From Chrysomallon squamiferum (taxonomy: Eukaryota > Animalia > Mollusca), in contig CM022679.1 in assembly GCA_012295275.1 (NCBI GenBank), forward strand, positions 1,488,001 through 1,552,000: a DNA stretch of 64,000 nt. The letters run 5' to 3'. Both the position numbers and the translations under genes were made by a program. The notes under the pieces were generated by a model. That model saw nothing but the letters and a program-made list of their open reading frames with translations, did not search any database and was not told the DNA's origin. The stretch's first letter is position 1; each line of letters starts with the position of its first letter. Of the stretch, positions 25,392 to 39,600 are shown in pieces.

Positions 25392-26644
25392 TAACAATCT
25401 ATGTTATGTCTGCTACAGAGAAGTTACGTTTATCTACAGGTCAACAACTACGTCATCAAATAGCAGCAGAAGCGCTTCCGGGTCATAGGTTGATAGCATA
25501 ACAAACTGATAGCATAGAACTTTCCAGATTCACTATTCCAGTGGGCTTAAGTTATTTTGATCAGTATAAAATAAAATAAAAAATATAAAATAAATAAAGT
25601 CGTAAAGAACTAATGCTAATTTTAACATGCACAAGACCTTATACACAAAATAAATAAATAAATAAATAAATAAAGAATAAAATTTTACCCCTTAAGGTTA
25701 AGAAATTAATGCTATGACCAGAGTGGACGAAGAAGATAAGGAAATGTTTGTTTAATGGTAAACTTGTGAGGAAAAAATCTACACGGATAGATAACAAAAA
25801 ATATTTACTTGAGCTAATGTGATAAACACCAACAGCTGTGTGTAATTACCTTTGGGAAAAAAAATTAAAATAAATAAATACATTTATTTTTTTTTTAAAT
25901 GCGAAATTAAATGCAACCACACTATTTTGTTATTATTATTTGTATCATTATCATAATTGTCAGTATTATTATTATTATTATTATCATAATCATTTTCATT
26001 TTTTATTATTATTATTTTCTTTTTTATGTTGGTGGTGGTGGTGGTGACGGTGGTGTTGTTGCCTTTGTTGTTGTTTCTGCGGCTGTTGTTGATGATGTGA
26101 TGACAATAAAAATGATTACATCTTTGACATTATCACTATGAACACCACCATCATCACTCATCAACGTTGTCATCGTCCTTATCATCATCATCGTTAACAT
26201 TATTCTGACCATCATATAAGACAAAGTAAATAAAAATAATTGTAACATTATCATCAGGTTCAACGAACGTTCTGTCGTTTTGTTTTTGAAAGTAAATAAC
26301 TAGTTAAAATAAGGAATGTAATGAGCGTGGCATTAAAAAGCTCATTGACAGACGGAAAGAGGTCACAGAGAAGAATGGAAACGATTAAATAAATCAGATA
26401 TGTTGTTTCATGTATGTTTGTTTTTTTTTTTTTTTTTTTTGTTTTTGTTGTTGTTGTTGTTGTTGTTGTTGTTTTTTAGTTTGTTTTATTTATTTATTTT
26501 TTTTTTTTTTTTTTTTTTGTCACGTTTTATCGAGCCTTAACAAAACGGACAGAACTTTTGTTACAACCTGAAAGCTGCGTCTGTGCCGTCCTCATTATCT
26601 GATCCAGCTGCTGTTTGTTGTTTTATCTTGTAAGTGGTACTTAC

Positions 26645-26746
26645 CGGTAATCTAGCGGACCGGTGCTCCATGTACAATAAAGCCACTTGGAAGGGCAGCC
26701 AGCAGATTGCGAATACGGCAAGTATCATTAACAACATCATAATAAC
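26645..26746 (-). CDS. GPCR exon 3: TM6 (CWLP)
   Basis: Acceptor cttctcttccAG. Translates VIMMLLMILAVFAICWLPFQVALLYMEHRSARLP. Donor CCG|GTAAGT; 102 nt, phase 0-0. Confidence 0.95.
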
Positions 26747-28337
26747 CTGGAAGAGAAGGAAGCCGGCAATTAATGAAAAGTTCTTCATAATCTGATTTCC
26801 TAACGTTTGATCTCTCATTCGAGTACAGTCACGTGACACACGTTACACAGATAATGTGGCTACGTTAAATGCAGTGTAACGAAAATTGGAAGAAGCGGTG
26901 AGCCGTTTAAAATTATGTTTTTCTGATTACTGTATTTTCGACAAGACGATCATTTCGTAGCTAATAATACCCGCCTATTTTTATACAAACTACTATTACC
27001 GCTAATAACAATAATCACTACTGCAGCTAATGCTAGTACCACTACTGCTTATATCAGTACTGTTGTTACTCCTGTTACCACTAGTACTGATATCACTTAC
27101 AGCAAATACTACTACTACTACTACATTAACAACTACTACTGCTTCTACTTTTGCAGTTGCTATCTGGACTACTACAACAACAATAACAGGAGTTGATGTA
27201 CCAGTAGTCATAGTTTTAATGCATGTGTGTCTACTGCCTTGACAATACTAATACTACAACAGCAATTACTATTAATGCTAGTGCAGCTACAACAACAACA
27301 ATACTAACACAACAGCTATTACTATTACCATTCTTCTACCGTTACTATGCCATCTACTACTTCCATAGCTGTACCTACAACTGCTACTATTTCTATTACT
27401 ACATTTACTACTACTTCGGCTACTACGACAGTTATTTTTTTGAATTACCATTATAATTGCCATTACAACCATAACTACTATCATCATTATTATTACTATT
27501 AAAATCAATATCCTCCTTATCAACATTATTATTGTTATTATCATCTTCAGTACTATTACTATTATTATTACATTATATATATCAGGTCACTAATGACTTT
27601 TACTGAAATATATACTTCTGTTTTCACACAAAATTTAATACTGACTGTGTTTTCTATGTATTTGATCGTTTCTAATTTCGACTTATTGTACAAGAAATGA
27701 AAACCGCACAAGTTTTCACAAATCATTAAATTTACAACGACTGTTTCAGTTTTTTATTTTTATGTGTGAGAAACAGAGAAAGCTGAATCTTCGTTTGGAA
27801 ATTATTACGATTTCTGTTACCTCGGAGAGCGAGGATAAATATCAGTTTTAACGCACTGGTTTGCTTTTTTCGCTACTAAAACAACTGTCAACATGTTTTT
27901 CATGGATTTGACAAACATTGTGGTTCTCAGTGCAAACAATGTAGATGTGTGACATTTCTGCTGTTACTGGGAGCCGATGACTTTTTCTTTCTGAATCTTT
28001 TCTTCTTCTTCTTCTTCTTCTTCTTCTTCTTCTTCTTCTTCTTCTTCTTCTTCTTCTTCTTCTTCTTTCTTTCTTTCTTTCTTTCTTTCTTTATTTTATT
28101 TTATTTTATTTTATTTTTTTAATTTTAATTTTTTTTTTTTTGATTTTATATTTATCTTATTTTATTTTTTTTTATTTTTTTTTTATTTCTTGCTTAGACA
28201 TGATCTGTTAGTTGCTGTTGTATCTGCCAAGTGATTATATTATGTTTGAGTTGTCATGGTAACCATCTGTTTCGTATAAATTTGAGAATTTAAAATAAAT
28301 ATATATATGCAGTGTTAGGAAAGCTTAGTAAATCAAA

Positions 28338-28373
<36 letters not shown>

Positions 28374-28460
28374 CATAATAATAATAATAATCATAATAAT
28401 AATAATAATAATAATTTAATATGTAAATAATAAATAAATAAATAAATAAATAAATACTCT

Positions 28461-28545
28461 GAGGATTCGAACCCGATGTGTGTTGTATCTAAAACTTTAA
28501 TATAAAACGAAGAAGATTCGAACCCTGCACATATGGTATCTAAAG
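28461..28545 (-). mobile_element. Duplicated Pol III B-box fragment (SINE remnant)
   Basis: Minus-strand GGGTTCGAATCC (28474-28463) and GGGTTCGAATCT (28525-28514), about 51 bp apart. No A box or cloverleaf. Confidence 0.35.
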
Positions 28546-29691
28546 ATGATGAACAGTTATTGATCTGAAGGTCGAGTTAAGTCTGTAATGATAAAAAAAA
28601 CCTCTAACAATAAACCATAGCTGCCTTCATTCCTGTTTAGTATTCATAGAGAAAGCGGACAGAAATCTGACACTAAGAATAAAATGTGTCAAATTACTGC
28701 ATTCCGTTCTCTCATCTTCCACCAGCGATTGTTACGACAACCCTGGGTCAACAACGTCTTCGAGCGGCAAGTAGGTTAACGTGGCTGCAACAGCATCACT
28801 CGATTATCTTCGTCATCTGCTGCTGCCAAATTACCTTTCATTAAATGAAGTTGTTGTTACCGGCAAAGATGAAAGAGAAGTACGAAAACCTTGCAGTGAC
28901 AGCTTGTTCACATGTTTAATGTGAATATAAAACTGTTGAATGTCAAAGTAAAAACTGCTGTTACAAATAGAACGTGTCCTTTTTGATGATGAAGTCTTCA
29001 ATGTTACAGGTGAAGTTTTAAACGAGGATATAAAATTATATCTATCTATCTGTCTCTCTGTCTCTCTGTCTGTCTGTCTGTCTATCTGTCTATCTATCTA
29101 TCTATCTATCTATCTATGTATACATATATCAATTTCTCTCTCTTTCTCTTTCCCTCTCTTTCTCTCTCTCAATATCGTTTAAAATGTAGTGAACGAAGGA
29201 AAGGGTTATCTGCCTTTGTTAGTTATAATAAAATATTACACTTGCAAAGCAGAATGTCGGAATTTCATCCCTTTCTGATGACAAACACTGAAATTTTAAA
29301 GTACATCGGTCTAAACTACACGATAACTTCACGTATCGAACAGAATATGGCAGAGCCATTGTTTCTTTTTATTTATTTATTTATTCTTTTTTTTTTCAAT
29401 CAGGTGTACTTTATTTTAATATTTCATTATTAATTAGCTATGGCAGGGGGAGGGAAATTAAAAATCCAAAAATAAAACCAAGAACAAACAAACAAACAAA
29501 TAAAGAAACAAATAAATAAATAAATAAATAAATTTATAAATAAAATATTATTTGAAGTTCGTTGATTGTATTAAGCTTATTTCTTTGTATCGCCAAAAAT
29601 AACCGTTGATTCACGATGCACAAACTGTTTCGTCATATCACCAATTAATTTACAACTCACAGTTTAATCCGCTCTGTTAAATAACGCTTAC

Positions 29692-30137
29692 CTTCTTCCT
29701 CGCCTTGTTTTGAGCGGAGTAATACGAAGAACTTATCTCCCCTGGCGCCGTCTTTGTTTTCAGCGTCCAGATGATGACGGAGTACGCTGCCGTCATGACG
29801 ACCAGCGGAATAAAGAAGAGCACGACGGACACGCCGGTGTAGTACGCCGTGCGCAACGGCATGTCGATCTTAGTCGTGTTGGTGACCGGGTCAAACGTCG
29901 CAACCACAGGCCAGTCGTCGTCGCACCAGAGTTCAAGGTGATTCGCCCACTGCCTCGACTTGAGTTTTCTGAAGACGAGGACAGGACAGGCAACTATGAA
30001 AGAACAAAGCCACACGAAGATTAACGAAGTTCTGGCTTTCTTCTCCGACATGTGAGCCTTCATTGCGAACACGATTCCGAAGAAACGATCGTAGGCGATG
30101 AGCGAGAGAGAGAGGACGCTTGCGATCAGCGATATAA
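29692..30137 (-). CDS. GPCR exon 2: TM3 (DRF), TM4, ECL2, TM5, ICL3
   Basis: Acceptor ttttctttcAG (30139-30138). Translates (V)ISLIASVLSLSLIAYDRFFGIVFAMKAH...VWLCSFIVACP...WCDDDWP...FFIPLVVMTAAY...ARKK. Donor AAG|GTAAGC, phase 0. Confidence 0.95.
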
Positions 30138-30154
30138 CTGAAAGAAAAAACAGA

Positions 30155-30600
30155 ATTCACTGATATTTTGTTAAAATACACAGATTTACTGATGTGTTAT
30201 TAAAACATTTACTGATATTTTATTTAAAATACACAGATTTACTGATGTGCTATTAAAACATTTACTGATATTTTGTTTAAAATACACAGATTTACTGATG
30301 TGTTATTTAAAATACACAGATTTACTGATGTGCTATTAGAAACATTTACTGATATTTTATTTAAAATACACAGATTTACTGATATTTTGTTTAAAATACA
30401 CAGATTTACTGATGTGTTATTAGAAACATTTACTGATATTTTATTTAAAATGTAGAGATTTACTGATGTTATTTAAATTACATATGTTTATTGTGTTATT
30501 TAATTTGCTGACTTGTTTAAAATATACAGATTTACTGATGTGTTATTTAAAATACAGAGATTTTCTATGTTATTCAATTTACTGATGTGCTATTTAAAAT
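30155..30600. repeat. Composite minisatellite of ~30-bp and ~23-bp units sharing TTTACTGAT, abutting the GPCR exon 2 acceptor
   Basis: Units TTTACTGATATTTTGTTTAAAATACACAGA and TTTACTGATGTGCTATTAAAACA are interleaved and decay toward 30600. Confidence 0.92.
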
Positions 30601-31204
30601 TCATGTAGTATGCTTCAGTAAATATAACCTCATATTTTATTTTCTATCCATGTAACCATATGACGTCATATTCTATTCAGCCGTTCAGTAAAACATAACG
30701 GTTCAGTAGAAATAAATCATACAGTTTAACAATATGAATATCACAGTTCAATCACAATACTTTTTTTTTAAATTATATTTTGTACAATTCATTGTACAAA
30801 CACTGTGTAAATACTCGATTACAAAATACGAAATTTTAAACAGATTTCAGGAAACGTTTAATTTTAACAACAGGGCTATTTTTATAGGATAAAGGATACA
30901 GATTCAGTTAGGTGATATTTAGACAGCTTTAAGTAAAATGATTTGAAGCTTCAGTAATTTTACATTTGAAGTAATGATTTTCTGACAATACAAACACAGA
31001 TTCAGTATGTTGGAAGTGTGGTGTAAAATAACATATATATATATATATATAACAGTCGCTGAAATTGTATACAGTTGAAATGTAACACGATTCAGTTGTT
31101 AACCAATAATAAATTTAATCACGTGAAACGTAGTACTAATAATAATACTGTAATCATGGTAACAGTAGATGTAGTAATGTTAATATCAGAGACTGTAGTA
31201 ATAC

Positions 31205-31236
31205 TGTATGTATGAATGTATGTATGTATGTATGTT

Positions 31237-31267
<31 letters not shown>

Positions 31268-31268
31268 T

Positions 31269-31300
<32 letters not shown>

Positions 31301-31347
31301 TGTATGTATGTATGTATTTTATGTATGGATGTATGTATGTTTATATG

Positions 31348-31379
<32 letters not shown>

Positions 31380-31502
31380 TGTATGTATGTATATGTATGT
31401 ATGTATGTTTATATGTATGTATGTATGTATGTTTATATGTATATGTATGTATGTATGTATGTATGTTTGTATGTATGTTTGTATTTATGTTTGTATGTAT
31501 GT
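31205..31502 (+). repeat. (TATG)n microsatellite
   Basis: Direct inspection; source of the YVCM/HTYI pseudo-ORFs. Confidence 0.95.
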
Positions 31503-33262
31503 GATCAAAGATACGCAATCATTTTGTCTGAACTTAGTTTGAGACGTCAGACTAGACTAACAAACTTGTGTAACTGGAAATAAGACTTTTGTTACTGACG
31601 TGAAACCAGTTTACTTACTAACAAACTATTTATCTTTATTGCATTTTCTGCATTTGTATATATAACTGTGTGTTTATCTGTATATAAGAATCTTTGTTTG
31701 TACGAAGAAATCTATGTATCTGTATAACAATTTAAGTATGTTATGCTTTTGGATGGAATTTGCAATGTCTACGTCATTCCTACGGCATTGGTAGCAGTAG
31801 CAGTAGTAGTAATAGTAGTAGTAGTATATGTGGTAGTGGTAGCTCTTATAACAGTACTTTGTTGTTCAGTAGTAGGAGTGGTAGTAGTAGTAATTCATTG
31901 TTGTAGAATACTGATAGTAATAGTAATAGTAATAGTAGTAATAGTAATGATAATACGTTATAGTTGAATAGTAATAGTAAAAATAATGGTAGTGATAATG
32001 GTAGTAGTAGTAGAAGTAATAGTAGAAGCAGCAGTAGTGATAGTATATTGATAATAATATCAGCAGTAATTGTTGTTGTAGTAATTGTAGCAGTGGAAGT
32101 AGCTGTGATGGTAGCCGGTTGCAACAGATTGGACTTATTACCAATAACAACATAAAAGGCAGGAACAAGAGATTTCTGTGGTTTTGTAGTAATAATTATC
32201 TCACTGACATTTAACGATAACTTTTGTTTTGCAAACAATACGTTTAAACGCGCGTATTTAATTTCTGAATGTGTGTTTGCACAGCTAATCAAATAATTAA
32301 GAGATCTGCTTAATAACGGCTGGTGCTATTATCTCACAATTAATTTCCTGTTTTAAATGTCTCTGGGGCGTTTGTGAATAAATATGATGGATACCCTTTC
32401 GCTTTGTTCGAAACAGATCATCTCGACTTTATTGAAAACAGAAATTTAATCGTTAATCACAGTTTTCGAGTAACTGCTGACCTGGTCCTGTATTTATATT
32501 TTGTCAAACTGTTTAATTTTACTTTGCGTAGCGACGTTAAAAAATTGATTAACAAACTGCTGTGATATTATTACAAGAGCACGCATGTTAAATGCACGTT
32601 ATTCGTGTGCTGGTGTTGAAATGTTAACATAGTGGAGCGGCACGTCTGTGTAATGAATGAACATGTCGCGAACGCCTGGCAGTTATTGGATTTAGTGCAG
32701 TAGTTAGTCTCATTTATAACGAATGACTGTTCTCTCTTAAATACATGAATGCTCGGTTTTACGTTTGCCACCGCAGTCTGGTTGTAGCTTCTGTATATTT
32801 TGTGACTGATGTTTTATTATTACTGTTATTATTATTAGTAGTAGTAGTAGTAATAGTAGTAGTAGTAGTAGTAGTAGTGATGGTGGTAGTAGTAGTAGTG
32901 GTAGTAGTAGTAGTAGATCTAATTGTAAAAGTATAGTGATTGTCGTTGTAATAACAGTAGTATTAGCAACAGAAGTACTAGTAGCAGTATTTATTTTATT
33001 TTATTTTATTTTATTTTAATTTCTAAGAAACCTCAACATTTTTGTTTTATCTTGAAAATTACATCTACCCCCAGTTGTATGCTGTTATCTGCCTCTATAG
33101 TGTCTAAATCTGTCTGCAAGAACAAAAATTTGAAACTCACCTTCTTATTACCAGTGTTTGAACGACATGTCCAAGGTGTCGTTTTGTTTTTAATTTTTAA
33201 TTTATTTTATTATTAATTTTGTATCCGTTTATATATATATATAGATAGATATATAGATAGAC

Positions 33263-33301
<39 letters not shown>

Positions 33302-34362
33302 CAGATATATAGATATATAGATAGACAGATATATATATATATGCCTGTCGCCTCCTCAATCTTTTGTGGGAGTTTCCTTGATTTCTGATTAAAGAATATC
33401 CATACTTTTTTCTTTCTTTCTTTTTTACATACGAACGTGGGATTATTTGTTGGGTTGGGTTGTTTGTTGTTTTTTGAATACTTATTTCTGAGTTTTTTAC
33501 TTTTATCTTCAGGATGTTTTTCAAGGTTTTACACAAATTCTCCCATTTTGGGGGAAAAAACATTAATTTCGTTTTTTATATCATTCGGGTGAACTTTTTA
33601 TGTAGAATAGTTTTTTTAATTACTAGTCAAAGATACATCAGAGTTCATCCAGATTTCTAAAGTTGAATGCGTGCATGTGTCTCATAATAAAATAGCTGTG
33701 TAGACATATTAAAAATCCTGTCGTACAGAGTATAACACGTTTAGTAAATCCATCGCAAAGGACAAAAAAGAACAACAAAAAAAACAGAGATTACTTTTCA
33801 TATTTTCAATTTTTTTTTTTTTTTCTTTTTGTTTCCTATTTTTTCTAATCTTCTTCTTCTTTTCTTTCTAAATGTTACATTTTTTTTATTTATCAAAAGT
33901 AAGGAGAAAATGTTTGTTCTTATCATTAATATATTTGTTCTGAGCCATTATCTGATCGATGGAGAGATGTAAATACCGCCATGCTTTATAGGATCAATAT
34001 ACATGAACCAATTCTTTTTTTTTCTTTTTTTTTTCAAAAACTTCCATTCCATTAAATTTCAACATATAACATTAACGAATATCACAGGCCATAGCAAGGT
34101 ATCTGTGAGAAATATCGCGAGACAGACTTTGAAAAAAACAAATTACGCTGATAAAGTAAATAATATTAACAGTGAACAATATCGTAGACAACGATTACTT
34201 TAATTTCTCGTAATGTTTCTCTATCGTCCTAGTTTATCTGGAGGCTTTTGGATCGTAATTAAAAACGTAATAAAAAAAAAATGTATTGGTTAAATACTGA
34301 AAATGAGTTTGCAAATTGATTCTATATTATTATTAGTTGTAGTAGTAGTAGTAGTAGTAGTC

Positions 34363-34396
<34 letters not shown>

Positions 34397-34880
34397 TGGT
34401 AGTAGTGGTGGTGGTGGTAGTAGTAGTACTTTCATCATCATCGTCATCATTGTTATTATTATTACTATTATTATTATTATAATTATTGTTGTTGTTGTTA
34501 TTGTTCTTGTCAAATTTGCTTTCAAGATATGTTATCTACTTTATTATCAGTAAAGAATGGAGTTCAGTTACTATCTATTCATGCCATCCGTACGTTCTCA
34601 CACACTTGACCAGCAAGTAAATCACTTTCACAATTAAAAATAAAATTACATTTATTATTATTATTATTAGTTGTATGAAGTAGTAGTAGTAGTAGTCGTA
34701 GTAGTAGCAGTCGTAGTAGTAATAGTAGTAGTAGTAGCTCCTTTTATTATCATCAGCATCATCAACATCATTATTGTTATTATTAGCAGTAGTAGTAGTA
34801 GCAGTACTAATATTATAGTACTGCTGCCATCATCATTATTATTATTATTATCATCACCACCACGACCATCATCACCACCA

Positions 34881-34928
<48 letters not shown>

Positions 34929-35396
34929 GTAATAGCTGAGGGAGCGACACACAAAACCTTTGATCGCTTTACATTACAGGTCATTGAATGTCTTTTACGG
35001 GTCTGTATAATAACGCTACTTATTTTAGCGCAGTTAATATGTTTATCATTATCAGTTAAATAATGAGCCATATCGATCGAGAATAATCCAGTTTACTTAA
35101 TAATGTTTTCAACACAATCGCGATGAAGGTGTGGGCAATCCCGTCGTTTAATTAAATTGTTTTGTTTCTAATACTCAGACCCTTCAGTTTGACATAACGC
35201 TGTGGGCACTTGAAAGACAAAATTCAAAAATTTAAAAATGTCTTCAATAAGGCTTCTTGCGAGATTCAGTGTTTCTGCGTAAGAATGACGGTGTATGAGA
35301 ATGAAAGAAAGTAATAAAAATGAGAATCGGAAAGAGACAGAAAGAAAGGATAAAGAAGAAATGACTGACGGAGTATATAAGAGAAACATATAAAAA

Positions 35397-35427
<31 letters not shown>

Positions 35428-35477
35428 TGTGTATATATGTATGTATGTATGTATGCATGTATGTATGTATGTGTATA

Positions 35478-35512
<35 letters not shown>

Positions 35513-35552
35513 GTATATAATATATATGTATGTATATATATATGTATGTATG

Positions 35553-35586
<34 letters not shown>

Positions 35587-35623
35587 TGTATGTATGTATG
35601 TATGTATGTATGTATGTGTATAT
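35397..35623 (+). repeat. (TATG)n microsatellite
   Basis: Direct inspection. Confidence 0.95.
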
Positions 35624-36915
35624 AGACAGAAAGATAGAAAGAAAACACTAGTAAAGGATAATAGTCTTGACAGTTTTGTGTAAAAAACAATCAAATTATT
35701 GAGAAACTGTGACGTCATGATCCCGAGGCGTTCCGGAATTTCACGGGAGATGTAACACGTGATTACAGCCCAGCACGACACTGTGACGTGGGTGTACGTC
35801 ATCTCTGAACACGTGGGCAGCAAGTTGATAGAACACTACTGACGTCCCCCACTCAGTCAAGTCAAATCTGTCAGCTGAGGGTATAAGTACGCCTGAACTG
35901 GTCAAGCTAGAGCAACTTGCATGCAGCCATGGGAAGGATGTCGCCTCATCGCATCTAACGTCTCATTTGAAACATAACGAGGCTACGTGTCAGTTCAAAC
36001 ACACGTACAACATGAATCTCCTGTGACTTTCAGATGCCGCGCTGCATTCACTTTTAGATCCGACAGTTTTGAAGGTGTTATTTAATAAAAGTAATAAATA
36101 ATATTAATAACTGTTTTATTTTGACTATAATGAGAATCTTAGAGGGATGAAGTCAATGTAAACGCACCCATTATTTGTATTTAAGTCACAGAGGTTCATT
36201 GTTAGAAAATGATGGAAAATCGTATATGTTACTTAATCACAATGAAATCTGTGCGGCCGTACTGCCAATGAAGTGAAAGCGCTGGGGCCTATAAGATCAG
36301 AAAGTCGACGCACCCTTGGGCTAAAGAAAGCTCTGTTGTGTGAATCTGTGTTAGTGTGTAACTTGAGAGAGGATGAAGTGTGGTAATCTCAGGCTTGTTA
36401 TCGGACTCGGCTCTGGGTTTCGAGTCAGGATGCTATCAGCAGACACGTGTACGGACCGACGTGTTAATCGCATTTCCACTGGGGATCGTGTTTTTATTAC
36501 TACCACTGTCTGCCATATCAAATCTGTGGATGAATAATTTACGACACTAAATTATTCACGAGGACTGCAGAAGAGAAAGTTCTAGACGAGTAATTACATC
36601 TGACAGTTCTCTGAATGATGGCTTTATTGTGTGACGTAAATTGTATCAATTTATATCATTCAGCGTCGGTTCTACGTTTTGTCGTTTCTCTGTGGTCACT
36701 GAGGCGTGGATGGCGGGCAGGGTGACGCAATGCGCGAACGAGCAAATGCACGTCGACACGAAATGGGAAGCACAAATCGAGTTTGTCAGTGGGACCGGAA
36801 GTTAACCAATTCATTAGCTCCGTGCAACAGAAGTAACGCGCTCTGCTGGCGCTCATCATAATAAATGTTTCTGCGACACGGAACTGTAGTTTGTTGTAGT
36901 CAGTCTGTTTGTCTG

Positions 36916-37003
36916 TGAGTGCGTGTGCTTAACCGCGTGTTTGCTTCGTATCACAAAAACACTAAAATCAACTACTTTTCAGTGTACGAGATAACTGATG
37001 CTT

Positions 37004-37034
<31 letters not shown>

Positions 37035-37052
37035 TGAAAATGTAATGATAGT

Positions 37053-37140
<88 letters not shown>

Positions 37141-37603
37141 CTATCTCTCTCTCTTTTCCAATGAATCTAATTTCTACCGCATTAAATTATTCAATGCACT
37201 GTTTATCGACTATAAATAATTAACAACAGAAATAATTAATATAACAAAATATGACGTACATTTCCTTAATTGACGAAAAAATGTTTGTACTACGCACGAC
37301 AAGATGCAGGTAGAATCAATACAGGTCAGTGTTTTATGTGCAGACAGTTTGTACGAGATCATTTCACATTCTCTTTGTTTTTCACTTTCAGACTGAATCA
37401 TCTGTCTGTCTGTCTGTCTTGCTTTCTTCATTCTACCTATCTGTCTGTCTGTGTATCTATATAATTATTAATTTTAATTTCTATTCAACTATTAATATAA
37501 AGTATGTATGTCTCTGTGTCTGTCTGTCTGTCTGTATGTATGTATATATGTATATATATCCTGTAAATTTTGTCTCATTTTGAAAAGTGACCTTTGTTGT
37601 ATA

Positions 37604-37665
<62 letters not shown>
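36916..37665 (+). mobile_element. Putative non-autonomous, microsatellite-bearing dispersed element
   Basis: The left part (GTGCTTAACCG...AACTAC...TGCTTGAGA then (GA)n) recurs at 48480-48670. The right part (TATATATCCTGTAAATTTTGTCTCATTTTGAAA then (CT)n) recurs at 123-198. Confidence 0.5.
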
Positions 37666-37667
<2 letters not shown>

Positions 37668-38046
37668 GTTGCAGTTATGAAAAATGATTAAAATAAACAA
37701 CGCTACAATTTCGCATTTCCTCGCACCTTATCAAACCTCCTTTCGAAAAGCCAATATCGCGTTATTAACGTCTTTCATTTCCGACGAGGGGAAAGTTTCC
37801 ACAGCAGTGTTATATAACATCATCATTTCATTTCTCCGCAGAGCTTAGTCTCCAGTTTGTGAACAAAGCCTGATCGAGATGGAGGACATCAAGGCCGCAG
37901 GTCAATCAAATGAAACGAATAATTACAGGATTGACAGAGGCAGACACTAATTAAATTACAGAAACCACTCAACACGAAGATTAACAATGCTTTGTACGCT
38001 ATTAAGTCGTAATAGAGGCGGGTGGGTGTAGATCTGTGTCCGTGAA

Positions 38047-38084
<38 letters not shown>

Positions 38085-38991
38085 TCAATAAAGAATAGAA
38101 ACAGATAGATACAGACTGATACAGTTTAATTACACTACAAAAAGTAGACAATAATAGAAGAAAAGACAACAGTAATAAAAATGTCTGACCAGATATTTAT
38201 GTCTTTCTGAGAGGAGGGTTCACTTAATCAGAACATGACTGGTCTGATATTAAAATCTGATGGCTGAACATTTTCTTTCCAAGTGAAGAAAAAAAAGCAA
38301 TTAAAATATTGGCTTCCTGACAGAATAGCTAAACTGGTTATAAATGATGAAAACTGGTGTGTTTAGGATTTTCTGGATTTTTACTTTATTCAGTTTGACG
38401 TGCGACTCGTTTTGCTGCAGGGAGTCACAACTATAAATAGATACACTTATGAGTGAATAAAAAGAAAGAACTTCAAAATAACCAGAAAAAAAACAACCCA
38501 CCAACAACAACAAAAAAATTATATTCTAAACTACGTAATGGAAAATCCATTCGTATTCTCTACGATTTTTTCTCTTTCTGTCAATATCTGGATTTATGCA
38601 TCTAAGTAATGAACCTTTCATCCATCCAGTTACGTATTTAAGGACTTTTTCTCATTTAAAACTGTTACCAGCAACCAGTAATCTTCAGTTCATGAAATCC
38701 TTCCATCCATCCATCATTCCATCCACCGATTTATCCACCGTCATTCATCCATTCATCCATCCATCCATCCATCATTCCATCTATCCGTCGACATATTGAG
38801 AGATCTGTCTGTGTTAGCTCCGTGCACCCAGTAAGCTCTGTGATGGAAACTAACCTGATTAAGTAAATATGATAAAACTTCGCGAATATTTTCTGAGCGG
38901 TCAACTTATCCGCGGCTTAGAAGTTTCTTTGTTGATTAACTAATTACACACAGCCAGTGTCCGGCCACGCACACTCAGCCCAGAGGAGAGC

Positions 38992-39090
38992 AAACACGAG
39001 ATGACCAGTGCAGAGATGACCCGAACACGAAATGACCAGTCCAGAGAAGGCCGAACACGAAATGACCAGTCCAGAGAAAGCCGGACACGA
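38992..39090. repeat. ~30-bp tandem repeat, 3+ copies
   Basis: AACACGAAATGACCAGTCCAGAGAAGGCCG-like units at 38993, 39024 and 39054, partial at 39084. Confidence 0.9.
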
Positions 39091-39124
39091 CTGATTCTCA
39101 GTCAAACCCAGTAATGAAAATAAT

Positions 39125-39325
<201 letters not shown>

Positions 39326-39414
39326 ATATTTACTAGTTAGACTTTGTAATAGACTTGATTAATTCTAAATTCACCAAAAAATTCCTGTTTTTACAAAACA
39401 AAATTATTTTTAAA

Positions 39415-39477
<63 letters not shown>

Positions 39478-39569
39478 TCTTACATCATTATTGTACTATG
39501 GAAATACGAAGAAAAAAGAGAAAAGATTAAATTCATTTAGTAAATCCGCCAAGTTCATTTTTGGTTGCT

Positions 39570-39600
<31 letters not shown>

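Noticed and set aside
26990-27570. Thr/Val/Leu/Tyr-rich ORFs resembling mucins or TM proteins (also near 10083, 11537, 25911, 31743-32292 and 34322-35071)
   Set aside because: Degenerate trinucleotide (ACT/AAT/AAC) low-complexity DNA without coherent splice signals.
29710-30024. 104-aa plus-strand ORF (also 46298-46582 and the alternative minus frames at 29793 and 29933)
   Set aside because: Antisense or off-frame shadows of GC-rich GPCR exons.
31186-31583. YVCM/HTYI-repeat ORFs (also near 5273, 16387-17039, 35168-35823, 43730-44328, 49549-49977, 52721-53266 and 58667-58958)
   Set aside because: Translations of (TATG)n/(TACA)n microsatellites.
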